Assembly: GCA_964571255.1 (NCBI GenBank)
Contig: CAZNAA010000001.1
Span: 702,230-766,229 of the forward strand
Reading direction: 5' to 3'
DNA: 64,000 nt
Source: an uncultured Gammaproteobacteria bacterium
GTDB lineage: Bacteria; Patescibacteriota; Microgenomatia; Levybacterales; UBA12049
Below are positions 10,229-20,327 of the stretch, piece by piece; position 1 is the stretch's first letter; each line of letters starts with the position of its first letter. A program made the position numbers and the translations under genes. The notes below the pieces were generated by a model. It saw only the letters and a list, made by a program, of their open reading frames with translations, was not told where the DNA came from and searched no databases.

Positions 10229-11546
10229 CGATATTCAAGAGTCCTCCTCATCAAATCCTATTGTGTATTGGATGAATAGAGATCAACGATCACAAGATAA
10301 CTGGGCACTTCTTTTCGCTCAAGAAAAAGCATTGGAGAAGAAAGCCCCATTAGTCGTAGTTTTTTGCCTTCGTACCTCTTTTAAACATGCGACAGACAGG
10401 ATGGTTTCATTTCTACTTGGAGGACTTGAAGAGACAGCGAAATCCTTGGCGAAACATAATATTTCCTTTCAACTACTCCTTGGTAATCCTAAAAAGGAAC
10501 TTCCTTCATTTTTCTCACAAATAAAAGCTCAACTTCTTATCACTGAATTTACTCCATACCGAAGACACCGAAACTGGAGAGAGGAGCTAACGTCTCTTTC
10601 TCTTCCCTTTTATGAAGTTGATACAAGAAATATTGTTCCTTGCTGGATAGCCTCAGAGAAGCAAGAATGGGGAGCATATACTCTTCGTCCTAAAATTCAT
10701 AAACTGCTTGAAGAATTTTTGACTCCAATACCACCTTTAAAGAAACATCCCTACACTCTGTTTCCATTACCTTTACAAAATATTCTTTCCTTGAAAGGAA
10801 AAATAGAAATAGATACCTCAATCCCACCATCAGTGTTCTTTTCCCCAGGAGAGAAGAAAGCACAAGAGACATTACACACCTTTTTGCAGGATACAGAGAA
10901 TTATTCTCAAGATCGAAATGATCCAAATAAAAAGAGTACCTCCCAATTAAGCCCCTATCTCCACTTTGGTCATATTTCTTCACAACGAATAGCGCTTGAA
11001 GTACAGAAAAGTGAATTAAAACAAACAGATAAAGACGCTTTTTTGGAAGAACTCATTGTTAGACGTGAACTCTCTGATAATTATTGCTACTACAATAAGT
11101 TTCATAAAGAATTTACTGGATTTCCCATATGGGCTCAAGAGACTCTCAATCAACACCGAAAAGACAAACGGCCATATCTTTATACTCTTGAGGAGTTAGA
11201 AACAGCAAAAACTTATGATCCACTCTGGAATGCAAGTCAATTAGAAATGGTTCAGACAGGCAAAATGCATGGATATATGAGAATGTATTGGGCAAAAAAG
11301 ATTTTAGAATGGACAGCGACCCCTGAAGAAGCCCAAGAAATAGCTATTTATCTTAATGATAGATATCAATTAGATGGACGAGATACGAATGGATATACAG
11401 GTATTGCTTGGTCATTAGGAGGAGTTCATGATAGAGCGTGGGTTGAACGACCAATCTTTGGAAAAATTCGCTATATGAATTTTAAGGGAGCTTCGAAAAA
11501 GTTTGATATCAAAGCGTATATCGATGCTATTGAAAAGAGTGCTTAA
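10200..11546 (+). CDS. phr: Class II CPD photolyase
   Basis: VYWMNRDQRSQDNWAL, SQLSPYLHFG, MHGYMRMYWAKKILEW, IRYMN. Confidence 0.92.
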   Translation: MNYKRVRQLNDIQESSSSNPIVYWMNRDQRSQDNWALLFAQEKALEKKAPLVVVFCLRTSFKHATDRMVSFLLGGLEETAKSLAKHNISFQLLLGNPKKELPSFFSQIKAQLLITEFTPYRRHRNWREELTSLSLPFYEVDTRNIVPCWIASEKQEWGAYTLRPKIHKLLEEFLTPIPPLKKHPYTLFPLPLQNILSLKGKIEIDTSIPPSVFFSPGEKKAQETLHTFLQDTENYSQDRNDPNKKSTSQLSPYLHFGHISSQRIALEVQKSELKQTDKDAFLEELIVRRELSDNYCYYNKFHKEFTGFPIWAQETLNQHRKDKRPYLYTLEELETAKTYDPLWNASQLEMVQTGKMHGYMRMYWAKKILEWTATPEEAQEIAIYLNDRYQLDGRDTNGYTGIAWSLGGVHDRAWVERPIFGKIRYMNFKGASKKFDIKAYIDAIEKSA

Positions 11547-11989
11547 CGCTTTGGAGATTGCTTTGCTCGTCGTGCTTTTCCACCTGTTCCAGCTTTTCTT
11601 CTTTCTCGAATTCGAGGATCTCGAGTCAAAAAGCCTTTTTTCTTAAGAGTTCCTCTAAATTCTTCTGGATTTAATTTTGCCAGCGCATTTGAGATACCTG
11701 CAACAACTGCATCTAGTTGACCACTCAGGCCTCCACCTACAACGCGAATAGTATAGGTGTATTTATTCACGACATTTGCAATACGAAGTGGTTCTGTTGC
11801 TTCAATGATACTTTGTGGAGTGGTGAAATACTCCTGAAGAGTTTTTCCATTTACATATATTTCCCCTTTTTTAATAGGAAGCTGATCCCATATCATCCCT
11901 TCAGCAACATGTTCAAAAAGTCGCACACGAGCAACTGCTGATTTTCGTCTTCCGAGAGCTAATACGTACTCTTTTTTTGTATCTTTCAT
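11543..11989 (-). CDS. rpsI: 30S ribosomal protein S9
   Basis: GRRKSAVARV, GGGLSGQ, LTRDPR..ER, C-terminal KR. Confidence 0.97.
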   Translation of the reverse strand: MKDTKKEYVLALGRRKSAVARVRLFEHVAEGMIWDQLPIKKGEIYVNGKTLQEYFTTPQSIIEATEPLRIANVVNKYTYTIRVVGGGLSGQLDAVVAGISNALAKLNPEEFRGTLKKKGFLTRDPRIRERRKAGTGGKARRAKQSPKR

Positions 11990-11992
11990 ACT

Positions 11993-12418
11993 TTACTTTA
12001 CAAATTTATCTTGATAGGTGTGATTTTCATCAGCTGAAACAAATAGTCGAGCAAGCATTGGCTTTTGCAGTTTATTTCCAGGAAGCATTCCTTTAACTGC
12101 TCGTCTAATAATCTCCTCAGGTCGTCTCTCACGGAGTTCTTTTAGTGTTTCTTGTCGAAATCCTCCAGGAAAACCTGAATGTCTGTAATATACTTTCATT
12201 CCTTCTTTTTTACCAGTCACTTCAACATCTTTAGCATTAATAATAACGACATAATCTCCACAATCTAAGTTTCGAACAAAATATGGTTTATTTTTCCCCA
12301 TAAGCAGAAGGGCAATTTCAGTTGCTGCTCTTCCTAAGGTTTTTCCTTTCAAATCAATCAGATGCCATTCTCTTTTGATATCTGATAGTGTTGTTGATTG
12401 TGTACCTACATATGCCAT
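11993..12418 (-). CDS. rplM: 50S ribosomal protein L13
   Basis: LGRAA, DCGDYVVIINA, YYRHSGFPGG, AVKGMLP. Confidence 0.97.
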   Translation of the reverse strand: MAYVGTQSTTLSDIKREWHLIDLKGKTLGRAATEIALLLMGKNKPYFVRNLDCGDYVVIINAKDVEVTGKKEGMKVYYRHSGFPGGFRQETLKELRERRPEEIIRRAVKGMLPGNKLQKPMLARLFVSADENHTYQDKFVK

Positions 12419-12952
12419 TTATTTTGTCTCCTTTTTTGCTTTAGGTTTTGTTTCTTTTTTGACAGTCTTTTTTACTGCTGCCTTTTTAGCAGGAGCTTTT
12501 TTTACATCTTTTTTCTTGTTCTCTTTTACTTCTACTGCTTCCTGAACTTCAGTCATATCTGCTGGAATTGAAGATACAGGAGCGTCAGCTTTAATTGCGT
12601 TTTTCTCAACCCACTCCATGGCAACCATCTCTGCATTATCAGAAAACCGATTTGGAAGTTTGATAAGTCGAGTATATCCTCCAGGTCGTGTTGCAAAGCG
12701 AGGAGCAATATCTTGCATCATCTTTTTTACTGCTTTTTCAATTAAATACTTACGAAGAGCATTTTCAGAGTTAAAATCACCTTTTCGTGCTTTCGTAACG
12801 AGTTTTTCAGCAAGACCTTTAACTGACTTGGCTTTAGCCTCAGTTGTTACAATTCTTTCCTCTAACACCAATGACGAAACAAGCGATTTGAAAAGCGCTT
12901 TTCTTTCATGAATATCTCTTTTAAGTTGTCGTCCAAATACATTTTTTCTCAT
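12419..12952 (-). CDS. rplQ: 50S ribosomal protein L17 with Lys/Ala-rich C-terminal tail
   Basis: ERIVTTEAKAK, RPGGYTR; follows rpoA. Confidence 0.95.
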   Translation of the reverse strand: MRKNVFGRQLKRDIHERKALFKSLVSSLVLEERIVTTEAKAKSVKGLAEKLVTKARKGDFNSENALRKYLIEKAVKKMMQDIAPRFATRPGGYTRLIKLPNRFSDNAEMVAMEWVEKNAIKADAPVSSIPADMTEVQEAVEVKENKKKDVKKAPAKKAAVKKTVKKETKPKAKKETK

Positions 12953-12957
12953 AAAAA

Positions 12958-13068
12958 AATCTCATTTCCTGAGTCTCAAACTATTGCTCTCTACAAATAT
13001 ATGTTGATATTTGTAGGTATAACACCTGCCTCGTGAGCAGGTAGGTTTGAGATCTAAGATTTGAGATT
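12958..13068. promoter_or_regulatory. Multi-branched stem-loop in the rpoA-rplQ spacer
   Basis: Nested inverted repeats AATCTCA/TGAGATT and TCTCAAAC/GTTTGAGA enclose hairpins CTACAAATAT/ATATTTGTAG and ACCTGC/GCAGGT. Confidence 0.6.
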
Positions 13069-13074
13069 CAAGTG

Positions 13075-13995
13075 TTACGCAGAAAGCGTTATACCTTTTT
13101 CAGTCAATTTTTCCTCAATTACTTCAAGAGATTTTCCACCCATATTTCTCATAGAAACTAGTTCTCGGCGGGGAATGGTAATCAGTTGTTCAACGGTTTC
13201 AATTCCTCCGTTTCTTAAACTGTTATAGATTCGAGTTGGAAGATCAAGTTCATCAATAGTCATTTTCATAACCTTATCAGATGCTCCTGAAGTAACAATA
13301 GGAGAGATAACAGCTTCTGTTTGGTTAGGTTGAAAGATTTGAGTAAATGAAGAAGCAAGAATTTTTGCAGCTTTTTCTAAGGCATCCTTTGGAGCAACAG
13401 TTCCATTAGTCCAGACTTTCAGAGTTAGTTTATCAAGATTGGTTTGTCGTCCTACTCGAGTAGCCTCAACTGTATAGGTTACTCTCTCAACAGGTGTAAA
13501 AATGGCATCAGTTGAAATAACCCCTAACTCCCCTTCTTTCTCCTCAGCAAGTGTATATCCCATTCCTCTGGACACTGTCATCTCAACGTCAAGTTTTGAC
13601 TTATCTCCTGAAAGAGATCCAAGGTATAAATCCTTGTTCATTACCTCAGCTCCATTTGGTGCTTCAATATCAGCTGCTGTTACTTCTTTAGTTCCTTTTA
13701 CAGAAAGCTTGATAACTACAGAGTTTTGGTTTTCAGGGAGAGATACATGGAGTTTTTTAATGTTTAGCAGAAAATCAACTACATTTTCTTTTAATCCAGG
13801 AACAGTTGAAAAGCGATGCTTAACTCCAACAATTGAGACATTAGTAATTGCTGCACCTTCAATTGAGGTATATAGTACACGTCGAAGTGCATTTCCAAGA
13901 GTAGCTCCGTAGCCTGTTTCTAAAGGCTCAATAATGAACTCTCCGTATTCGGAAGTAGTAGTAATTTCTTTAACTGTAAATTGCATATTTACCAT
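13075..13995 (-). CDS. rpoA: RNA polymerase alpha subunit
   Basis: IEPLETGYGATLGNALRRVL, alphaCTD; likely start at 13995 or 13986. Confidence 0.97.
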   Translation of the reverse strand: MVNMQFTVKEITTTSEYGEFIIEPLETGYGATLGNALRRVLYTSIEGAAITNVSIVGVKHRFSTVPGLKENVVDFLLNIKKLHVSLPENQNSVVIKLSVKGTKEVTAADIEAPNGAEVMNKDLYLGSLSGDKSKLDVEMTVSRGMGYTLAEEKEGELGVISTDAIFTPVERVTYTVEATRVGRQTNLDKLTLKVWTNGTVAPKDALEKAAKILASSFTQIFQPNQTEAVISPIVTSGASDKVMKMTIDELDLPTRIYNSLRNGGIETVEQLITIPRRELVSMRNMGGKSLEVIEEKLTEKGITLSA

Positions 13996-14011
13996 ACTGT
14001 ATAGTATATCA

Positions 14012-14614
14012 CTAACGTGAATAATATTCAATGATTTGTTGTAAAGAGAATAATACCTCTACATCATCACGCACAGGGAGTCGAGTTAGCTTCCCTTCCA
14101 TCCCATTTTTTTCGATAAAGGAGAGAATATTTTCCTTCTCGTCACTCGTTTTTTTGATTACCTCATTTGCTTGCATCTTCTCACTTACAGCAATTGTCTC
14201 TCCCACTTTTACTTGATAAGAAGGAATTGTCATTTTTACTCCATTCACTCTAATATGACCATGAGAAACCAGTTGTCGAGCCATAAAACGAGATGGAGCA
14301 AAACCTAGTCGATACACAAGATTATCTAATCGAGTTTCAAGGAGTGAGATAATCGTATCAGATGAGTCTCCAACTTGCTTTCCAGCCTTCTCAACGAGTC
14401 TACTGAATTGTTTCTCAAGCATGCCATATACTGCTTTAGCTTTTTGTTTTTCTCGAAGTTGTGCTCCAAATTCTGAAACTCGTCGTCGTCCTTTTTTTCC
14501 GTGTACTCCTGGGAGTACATTTAATCGTCTCAAAAGAGAAGCTGATGTTTTATCAAGAACATTGACTCCTTCTCGACGGGCTAATTTGTGCTTTGGTCCA
14601 GTATAACGTGCCAT
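14012..14614 (-). CDS. rpsD: 30S ribosomal protein S4
   Basis: MARYTGPK, QLREKQK, LETRLDNLVYRLG. Confidence 0.97.
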   Translation of the reverse strand: MARYTGPKHKLARREGVNVLDKTSASLLRRLNVLPGVHGKKGRRRVSEFGAQLREKQKAKAVYGMLEKQFSRLVEKAGKQVGDSSDTIISLLETRLDNLVYRLGFAPSRFMARQLVSHGHIRVNGVKMTIPSYQVKVGETIAVSEKMQANEVIKKTSDEKENILSFIEKNGMEGKLTRLPVRDDVEVLFSLQQIIEYYSR

Positions 14615-14617
14615 AGT

Positions 14618-15019
14618 TTAGACTCTTCTCCTTTTTTTTGCCCGTGGTCCGTTATGAGGGATTGGGGTAATATCTGTAATTGACGTAATAGAAAGTCCTG
14701 CAGTTCTGACTGCACGAAGGGCTGAATCTCGTCCAGGTCCAGGTCCTTTAACATACACATCAACGGATTTTAATCCTGCCTTTGCTGCTTTTGCAGCTGC
14801 ATCTTCCATGGCCATTGAGCCAGCATAAGGAGTAGACTTTCGAGCTCCCTTAAACCCCTTTGCGCCACTGGAGCTCCAAGAAATAGTATTTCCACTCTCA
14901 GTTGTTAAGGTAACAATGGTGTTGTTAAAGGTTGCACTAATATATGCTCTTCCGTTATCAGTCACTTCAAGCGTTGATTTTTTCTTTGTTGTTTTTTCTA
15001 CTTGTTTTGCTTTTGCCAT
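14618..15019 (-). CDS. rpsK: 30S ribosomal protein S11
   Basis: [28 protein letters not shown]. Confidence 0.97.
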   Translation of the reverse strand: MAKAKQVEKTTKKKSTLEVTDNGRAYISATFNNTIVTLTTESGNTISWSSSGAKGFKGARKSTPYAGSMAMEDAAAKAAKAGLKSVDVYVKGPGPGRDSALRAVRTAGLSITSITDITPIPHNGPRAKKRRRV

Positions 15020-15022
15020 AAA

Positions 15023-15430
15023 TTACTTTCCTTTTGCTTTTTGAGCTGTTTCCATCTTTACTGCCATTTCTTTTTTGATAGCTCCAATAGTAAGTCTCTT
15101 TCCTCTTTTAGTACGAGCGTTTGATCTGGTTCTTTGTCCATGTACTGGAAGTCCTTTAGAGTGTCGTACTCCTCGATAAGATCCATTTTCTCTTAACCTT
15201 TTAATATTTCCAAGGAGTTCTCCTCGTAAGTCTCCTTCAACTTTAATTGCTTCAAGAACCTTAGTGATACGTTTAATCTCTTCTTCAGATAAATCTTTCG
15301 TTCGAATTTCTGATTTGATCTCAGCTTGCGTTAAAATTCCTTTTACATTACTTCGTCCCACACCATACAAATACGTTAATGCAATATCAATTCTTTTTTC
15401 ATCTGGTATGGTTATTCCTGCAATTCTCAT
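15023..15430 (-). CDS. rpsM: 30S ribosomal protein S13
   Basis: MRIAG, LPVHGQRTRSNART. Confidence 0.97.
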   Translation of the reverse strand: MRIAGITIPDEKRIDIALTYLYGVGRSNVKGILTQAEIKSEIRTKDLSEEEIKRITKVLEAIKVEGDLRGELLGNIKRLRENGSYRGVRHSKGLPVHGQRTRSNARTKRGKRLTIGAIKKEMAVKMETAQKAKGK

Positions 15431-15433
15431 AAA

Positions 15434-15547
15434 TTATCCTTGGCGTTGCTTGTGTTTTGCTATTTCACACAATACAAAAACTATCCCTCGTCTGCGGACT
15501 ATTTTACATTTCATACATCTTTTTTTGGCACTTGCTTGTACTTTCAT
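15434..15547 (-). CDS. rpmJ: 50S ribosomal protein L36 (37 aa, not in the ORF track)
   Basis: Hand translation: [37 protein letters not shown]. Confidence 0.97.
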   Translation of the reverse strand: MKVQASAKKRCMKCKIVRRRGIVFVLCEIAKHKQRQG

Positions 15548-15558
15548 ATTTTTCCCTT

Positions 15559-15780
15559 TTAACGTCTGAGGAGTCTTGTAATTCTCCCTTTCGTATTGTC
15601 ATATTTTGTCATTTCTAAAATGACGGTATCTCCTGGAATAATTCGGACGTAATTAATCTTCATTTTTCCAGCTAAATGACAAAGAACAATAGAACCATCT
15701 TCAAGCTCAACTCGATATAACTGATTGGGCAAAGATTCGAGCACTCTCCCTTGTTTTTCAAAAGATCCTTGATGGGCCAT
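15559..15780 (-). CDS. infA: Translation initiation factor IF-1
   Basis: [27 protein letters not shown]. Confidence 0.95.
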   Translation of the reverse strand: MAHQGSFEKQGRVLESLPNQLYRVELEDGSIVLCHLAGKMKINYVRIIPGDTVILEMTKYDNTKGRITRLLRR

Positions 15781-15864
15781 AAATATCATCGAACAAGAGG
15801 AAATCTATGTAGCACTTATCACGTGATGAAAAAGCGTATTCCCCATTGCGCTATTGATTCAGTT

Positions 15865-15893
15865 ATTATAACAAACCACCCACAAAAGAGCAA
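15865..15893 (-). promoter_or_regulatory. Internal sigma70-like promoter upstream of infA
   Basis: Minus strand TTGCTC-N17-TATAAT with extended -10 TG. Confidence 0.55.
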
Positions 15894-15903
15894 CACTATA
15901 TCA

Positions 15904-16680
15904 CTACTGAGTCAGAATGACAGGTCCCTCTGGTGTTATGACTAAAGATCTCTCAAAAAAACCTGCTAAATCTCCGTCTTTTGTCCGAATAGTCCATCCA
16001 TCTGGATCATAAGTAATAGCTCTTCCACCTTTGTTATAGATAATTTCAATGGCAATCGTCATATTTTCTTTAAGCAGAGGCGTTTGCTCAAGAGGAGCAT
16101 AGACAAAACCTGGGATTTCTGGCTCCTCATGCAACTCCCGCCCCACTCCGTGTCCTACAAGAGTTCTCACCACTGAATATCCTCCTTCTGTTTCAATAAT
16201 TCTCTGCATCACTTCTGAGAGATGCCCAACTCTATTTCCTACCTTTGCCATTTTTATAGCTTCCATAACTGCCATCTCTCCAGCTTTAATAAACTTGTCC
16301 ACTTCTGTTTCTGCTTCACTTGGGGCTTTTCCAACTCGAATAGTTTGTCCCATATCGGTATGAAACCCTTCATAGAATACGCCACAATCAAGACCAATTA
16401 TATCTCCTTCTTTCAGCACATATTTACTGGGGATTCCATGAACAACAACGTCATTTGTTGCAACACAAAGCGTATGCTTGTAACCCGGAACTCGCATAAA
16501 TCCTGGTTCTCCTCCTCGTTCTCTAATAAGTTTTTCAGCCAGAGCATCTAGTTCTATTTCTGACACTCCAGGTTTAACATACTTCAAGAGAGCAAAAAGG
16601 ACATCTGAAAGAATGTGCCCTCCTATTTTCATTACTTCAACTTGTTCTGGTGTTTTTATTGTTATTCCTTGCTTACCCAT
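15904..16680 (-). CDS. map: Methionine aminopeptidase type I
   Basis: VVHGIP, GFHTD, GHGVG..LHEEP, TIAIE. Confidence 0.95.
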   Translation of the reverse strand: MGKQGITIKTPEQVEVMKIGGHILSDVLFALLKYVKPGVSEIELDALAEKLIRERGGEPGFMRVPGYKHTLCVATNDVVVHGIPSKYVLKEGDIIGLDCGVFYEGFHTDMGQTIRVGKAPSEAETEVDKFIKAGEMAVMEAIKMAKVGNRVGHLSEVMQRIIETEGGYSVVRTLVGHGVGRELHEEPEIPGFVYAPLEQTPLLKENMTIAIEIIYNKGGRAITYDPDGWTIRTKDGDLAGFFERSLVITPEGPVILTQ

Positions 16681-17219
16681 ACTAAAAACCTCTCTAGCTC
16701 CCTTGCTAATTCTTCTTTTGAATTTTCATTTTTTATCAGATAATCGGCAAGAGCAATTGGTCCACCTTTATTCGTCACTTCAATCTCGGATATGTCTCGT
16801 TCCCGCGCTTCACTAAGGGTAAATGGTCGCTCTTTTCGTTGAGAAAGCCTTTCATAGCGAATATCTGTTCTTGTATAGATGCAAAGAAGCAAAAGAGAAG
16901 GAAATTTTTCCTTCAAATATGTGTATTCTTCCCAACTATATACTCCATCAAGTAATAAATGTTCTGTTGTCTCTAATTCTTTTTCTATTTTCGGAAGCAT
17001 CGTGATGGCAACTCCTGCCATTCCAAAGTCATCTCGAATCTTTTTTCTAAAATACGCAGTGTTTTCTGGACTCCATGCAAGCCCGGCCGCACTTATCTGA
17101 TCATCAATGGCTGAGCCAAAACGAATTGCAGAGTAACCATGAGATTTGAGTAATTCTACTGCTTCACTTTTTCCAGAACCAGTCATTCCAACGATGGCAA
17201 TGATTTTTTTCTTATTCAT
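16662..17219 (-). CDS. P-loop kinase (dephospho-CoA kinase / UPF0200-like)
   Basis: IAIVGMTGSGKS Walker A, LLDGV, ARERDISEIE..KGGPIALADY. Confidence 0.7.
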   Translation of the reverse strand: MNKKKIIAIVGMTGSGKSEAVELLKSHGYSAIRFGSAIDDQISAAGLAWSPENTAYFRKKIRDDFGMAGVAITMLPKIEKELETTEHLLLDGVYSWEEYTYLKEKFPSLLLLCIYTRTDIRYERLSQRKERPFTLSEARERDISEIEVTNKGGPIALADYLIKNENSKEELARELERFLVWVSKE

Positions 17220-17766
17220 GCGTGGGGAGTTTTGTAACAATTTCTTTGTGAATATCCTCAATTGATTGTTCTCCATTTACTTCAACCAAGAGATGATGAT
17301 GTTTATAGTGATCAAGTACTGGTTTAGTTTTTTCATGAAACTGCTCAATTCGCTTTCTTAGGGCAATAAGAGTCTCATCTTCTCTATCATCAGCTGCCTC
17401 TCCTTCTCTAAAAGACAGTCTCCAGAGTGCCTCTTTATCAGATACTAAAAGATAAATTACTTTAGTAAGTTTTTCTTTAAACTCTTCTGCTTGGTGGAGT
17501 GTTCGAGGAAAGCCATCAAGAATATAGCCTTTTTCATATTCAGGACGAGCGAGGTACTCATTCACAATTTCAATAGTTTTTGCATCAGATATTAAAAACC
17601 CTGCATTCATGACTTCTTTAATATGTCGACCAAAAGGAGTGTGTTCTTTAGCAATTTCACGGAAAATATGGCCTGTTGAGAGATAGGGGATTTTAAACTT
17701 TTTTGAAAGAAGATTTCCTTGTGTTGATTTTCCTGATCCTTGAATACCAATGAGTACTAGTTTCAT
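17212..17766 (-). CDS. adk: Adenylate kinase (short, LID-less type)
   Basis: GIQGSGKSTQ, LSTGHIFR, GYILDGFPRT; follows secY. Confidence 0.9.
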   Translation of the reverse strand: MKLVLIGIQGSGKSTQGNLLSKKFKIPYLSTGHIFREIAKEHTPFGRHIKEVMNAGFLISDAKTIEIVNEYLARPEYEKGYILDGFPRTLHQAEEFKEKLTKVIYLLVSDKEALWRLSFREGEAADDREDETLIALRKRIEQFHEKTKPVLDHYKHHHLLVEVNGEQSIEDIHKEIVTKLPTHE

Positions 17767-17771
17767 ATGTG

Positions 17772-19061
17772 TTATCTCCTCAAAAATCCTTCATAGTTTC
17801 TTGATACGAGTTGTGCTTCAAGTGCTTTATACGTTTCCAAAGCCACAGCTACAGCAATAAGAACACTTGTTCCTCCAACAAGAAAGGTTTGAATTCCTGT
17901 CAATTCTCTAGCAATATTTGGCAAAACAGCAATCAGTCCGAGAAAGGTTGCTCCAACGAGTGTGATACGGTTGAGAATATAGTTTAAGTAATTCGCTGTA
18001 GGAGTACCAGGCCGCACTCCTGGGATAAAACCTCCGTGCTTTTGCATTTCCTCAGAAATCTTTTTTGGGTTGAATACAACTGCGGTATAAAAGTACGTAA
18101 AGGCAATAACTAAGAAGAAAGAGAAAACATTATAGGGCCACCCTGAAGGATTAAAAGAGGTTGTCAAAAAGGTTCCAACTGAGCGAAGTACGTCATTACT
18201 TGAAGAGACAAAAAAGTTTCCCATAAGAGAGGGCATGAGGACCAGAGACATGGCAAAAATGATTGGAATAACTCCCGCTTGATTGAGCCGAAGTGGCAAA
18301 TGCGTTGATTCTCCCCCATACGTTTTATTTCCCCGAACTCTTCTCGCATAATACACGGTCAACTGACGCGTTGCTTCAGTCACGACAATAATGGCAACAA
18401 TGACCCCAAGTCCAATGACTAAAAAGATTAAAAGGTTAGAAAAGTTCTCAGACGTCGTAGTGGTAAGTGTTTGCCAAACAGTTGCCGGAAATCTTCCCAC
18501 AATGCCTCCAAAAATGATTAGAGAAATTCCATTTCCCAATCCTTGTTCAGTAATCAACTCTCCAAGCCACACCAAAAGCATGGTTCCCGCAACCATAGTT
18601 AAAATGAAGGTTAAAAGAGCAATAGGGGAGAGAAGAGAGATAAAGCCTTGGCTTCGTAAAAGAGCATACATTCCAATGGCTTGTAAGATAGCTAGAGGCA
18701 CTGTTAAAAACCGGGTATATTGATTAATCATTCGCTTGCCTTGTTCTCCTTCTTTAGAGAGTGCCTCAAGTTTAGGAAAAACAAGGGTTAACAGTTGAAT
18801 GATAATTGAGGCATTAATATATGGATTAAGACCTAAGGCCATAATGGAAAAATTCGCCAGAGTTCCTCCAGAAAAGACATCAAGTAAGCCTAAGAATTGG
18901 TTTTGAGCGAATGCTTGTTTTAAACTAGCAACATTTACCCCAGCTACTGGGATATGAGCAAACAACCGAAAGATAAGAAAGATCCCTGCAATAAAGAGAA
19001 CTTTTTTTCTTACATCCGGTGTCGTGACAGCAGTTTTAAACACCTGAAGAATTTTTTTCAT
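17772..19061 (-). CDS. secY: Preprotein translocase SecY
   Basis: [48 protein letters not shown]. Confidence 0.98.
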   Translation of the reverse strand: MKKILQVFKTAVTTPDVRKKVLFIAGIFLIFRLFAHIPVAGVNVASLKQAFAQNQFLGLLDVFSGGTLANFSIMALGLNPYINASIIIQLLTLVFPKLEALSKEGEQGKRMINQYTRFLTVPLAILQAIGMYALLRSQGFISLLSPIALLTFILTMVAGTMLLVWLGELITEQGLGNGISLIIFGGIVGRFPATVWQTLTTTTSENFSNLLIFLVIGLGVIVAIIVVTEATRQLTVYYARRVRGNKTYGGESTHLPLRLNQAGVIPIIFAMSLVLMPSLMGNFFVSSSNDVLRSVGTFLTTSFNPSGWPYNVFSFFLVIAFTYFYTAVVFNPKKISEEMQKHGGFIPGVRPGTPTANYLNYILNRITLVGATFLGLIAVLPNIARELTGIQTFLVGGTSVLIAVAVALETYKALEAQLVSRNYEGFLRR

Positions 19062-19066
19062 TGAAT

Positions 19067-19504
19067 TTATGAGAGGATTACTCCACCAGCTTTTTCAATT
19101 TTCTCACGAGCGGAGGAAGTGGTTTTTAACTTAATTTGCAATGCCTGGGCAATTTCTCCAACTCCTGTAAGCTTGATACTTCTGGTACTGTCCTTTGAAG
19201 AAATAAGTTTTTCTTTCAAAAGAAGCTCTCTATCCACTAGTGTATCCTTTTTAAGACTGGCAAGGATAGTGAGCGGAAGAACTAAATACTCTGGTCTAAA
19301 AGATTTATTTTTCTCTTTTCCCCTAAGAAGTGGCATACGCTTAGTTAAAGGCAATGCTCCTCCTTCAAATCGAAGAGCTACTTTACTTCGAGCTAATTGC
19401 CCTTTTTGTCCACGTCCTCCTGTTTTTCCTCTCCCTGAGCCATGTCCTTGGCCTTTTCGACGAAGTGGTTGTTTGATACTCGTTGTTAAGTTATGTAAAT
19501 CCAT
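19067..19504 (-). CDS. rplO: 50S ribosomal protein L15
   Basis: [26 protein letters not shown]. Confidence 0.97.
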   Translation of the reverse strand: MDLHNLTTSIKQPLRRKGQGHGSGRGKTGGRGQKGQLARSKVALRFEGGALPLTKRMPLLRGKEKNKSFRPEYLVLPLTILASLKKDTLVDRELLLKEKLISSKDSTRSIKLTGVGEIAQALQIKLKTTSSAREKIEKAGGVILS

Positions 19505-19506
19505 AG

Positions 19507-19998
19507 TTATTTTTCCTCTTTATCTTGTCGTGATTTTTTATTATCCACACGTTCTTGAACTAATTTCAAAGCTTCAAGAGTTGCATAAATATTATTTACT
19601 TTATTTCTTGTCCCTAAGATTTTACTGGAAACATTCTGAATTCCTGCTGCTGAAACGACACTTCGAATTGCACCACCGGCAATAATACCACTTCCTGGAG
19701 GAGCTGGTTTTAACATGATTCGAGCTGCTCCACGCTTGAGTTCTACTTTATAAGGAATAGTTCCATTCTCAATTGGAACTGTGATCATATGTTTCTTAGC
19801 CAGAACAATTCCTTTTCGAATAGCATTTGAGACATCTGGTGCTTTCCCGAGTCCTACTCCAACTTTCCCTTTTTTGTCGCCCACAACAGCAAGAGCTGAG
19901 AAACCAATTTTGTTTCCTCCAGTTGTCTTTTTAGATGTACGATTAATTTGTACTATCTTTTCGTCAAATTCTGATTGTTGTCCTCTATTGTAATCCAT
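19507..19998 (-). CDS. rpsE: 30S ribosomal protein S5
   Basis: INRTSKKTTGG, VVGD, PAPPGSGIIAGG. Confidence 0.97.
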   Translation of the reverse strand: MDYNRGQQSEFDEKIVQINRTSKKTTGGNKIGFSALAVVGDKKGKVGVGLGKAPDVSNAIRKGIVLAKKHMITVPIENGTIPYKVELKRGAARIMLKPAPPGSGIIAGGAIRSVVSAAGIQNVSSKILGTRNKVNNIYATLEALKLVQERVDNKKSRQDKEEK

Positions 19999-20327
19999 TA
20001 GAATTGTAATCCTCCTTCTCGTGCACCTTCTGCCAAAGCTTTAACTCGACCGTGATATTTATATGGTCCCTTATCAAACACTACTTCATTTACTTTTTTC
20101 TCTTTTGCTAACTTTGCAATTTCCATTCCCAACTTTTTTGCTTTCTCAATTGGGGTCCCTTTTTTATCACTCAGTACTTTCTCAGAAATCCCAGCCAAAG
20201 TAACCCTCTTACTGTCATCAATCAGTTGTGCATAGATTGACGTATTTGAGCGGTAGACTGACAATCTGATTCTATCAGTTGTTGCTCGAATGTTTTTGCG
20301 TGTTTTGTTTTGTCTTTGTGTTTTCAT
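19998..20327 (-). CDS. rplR: 50S ribosomal protein L18
   Basis: RLSVYRSN..IYAQLIDD, YHGRVKALA. Confidence 0.97.
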   Translation of the reverse strand: MKTQRQNKTRKNIRATTDRIRLSVYRSNTSIYAQLIDDSKRVTLAGISEKVLSDKKGTPIEKAKKLGMEIAKLAKEKKVNEVVFDKGPYKYHGRVKALAEGAREGGLQF

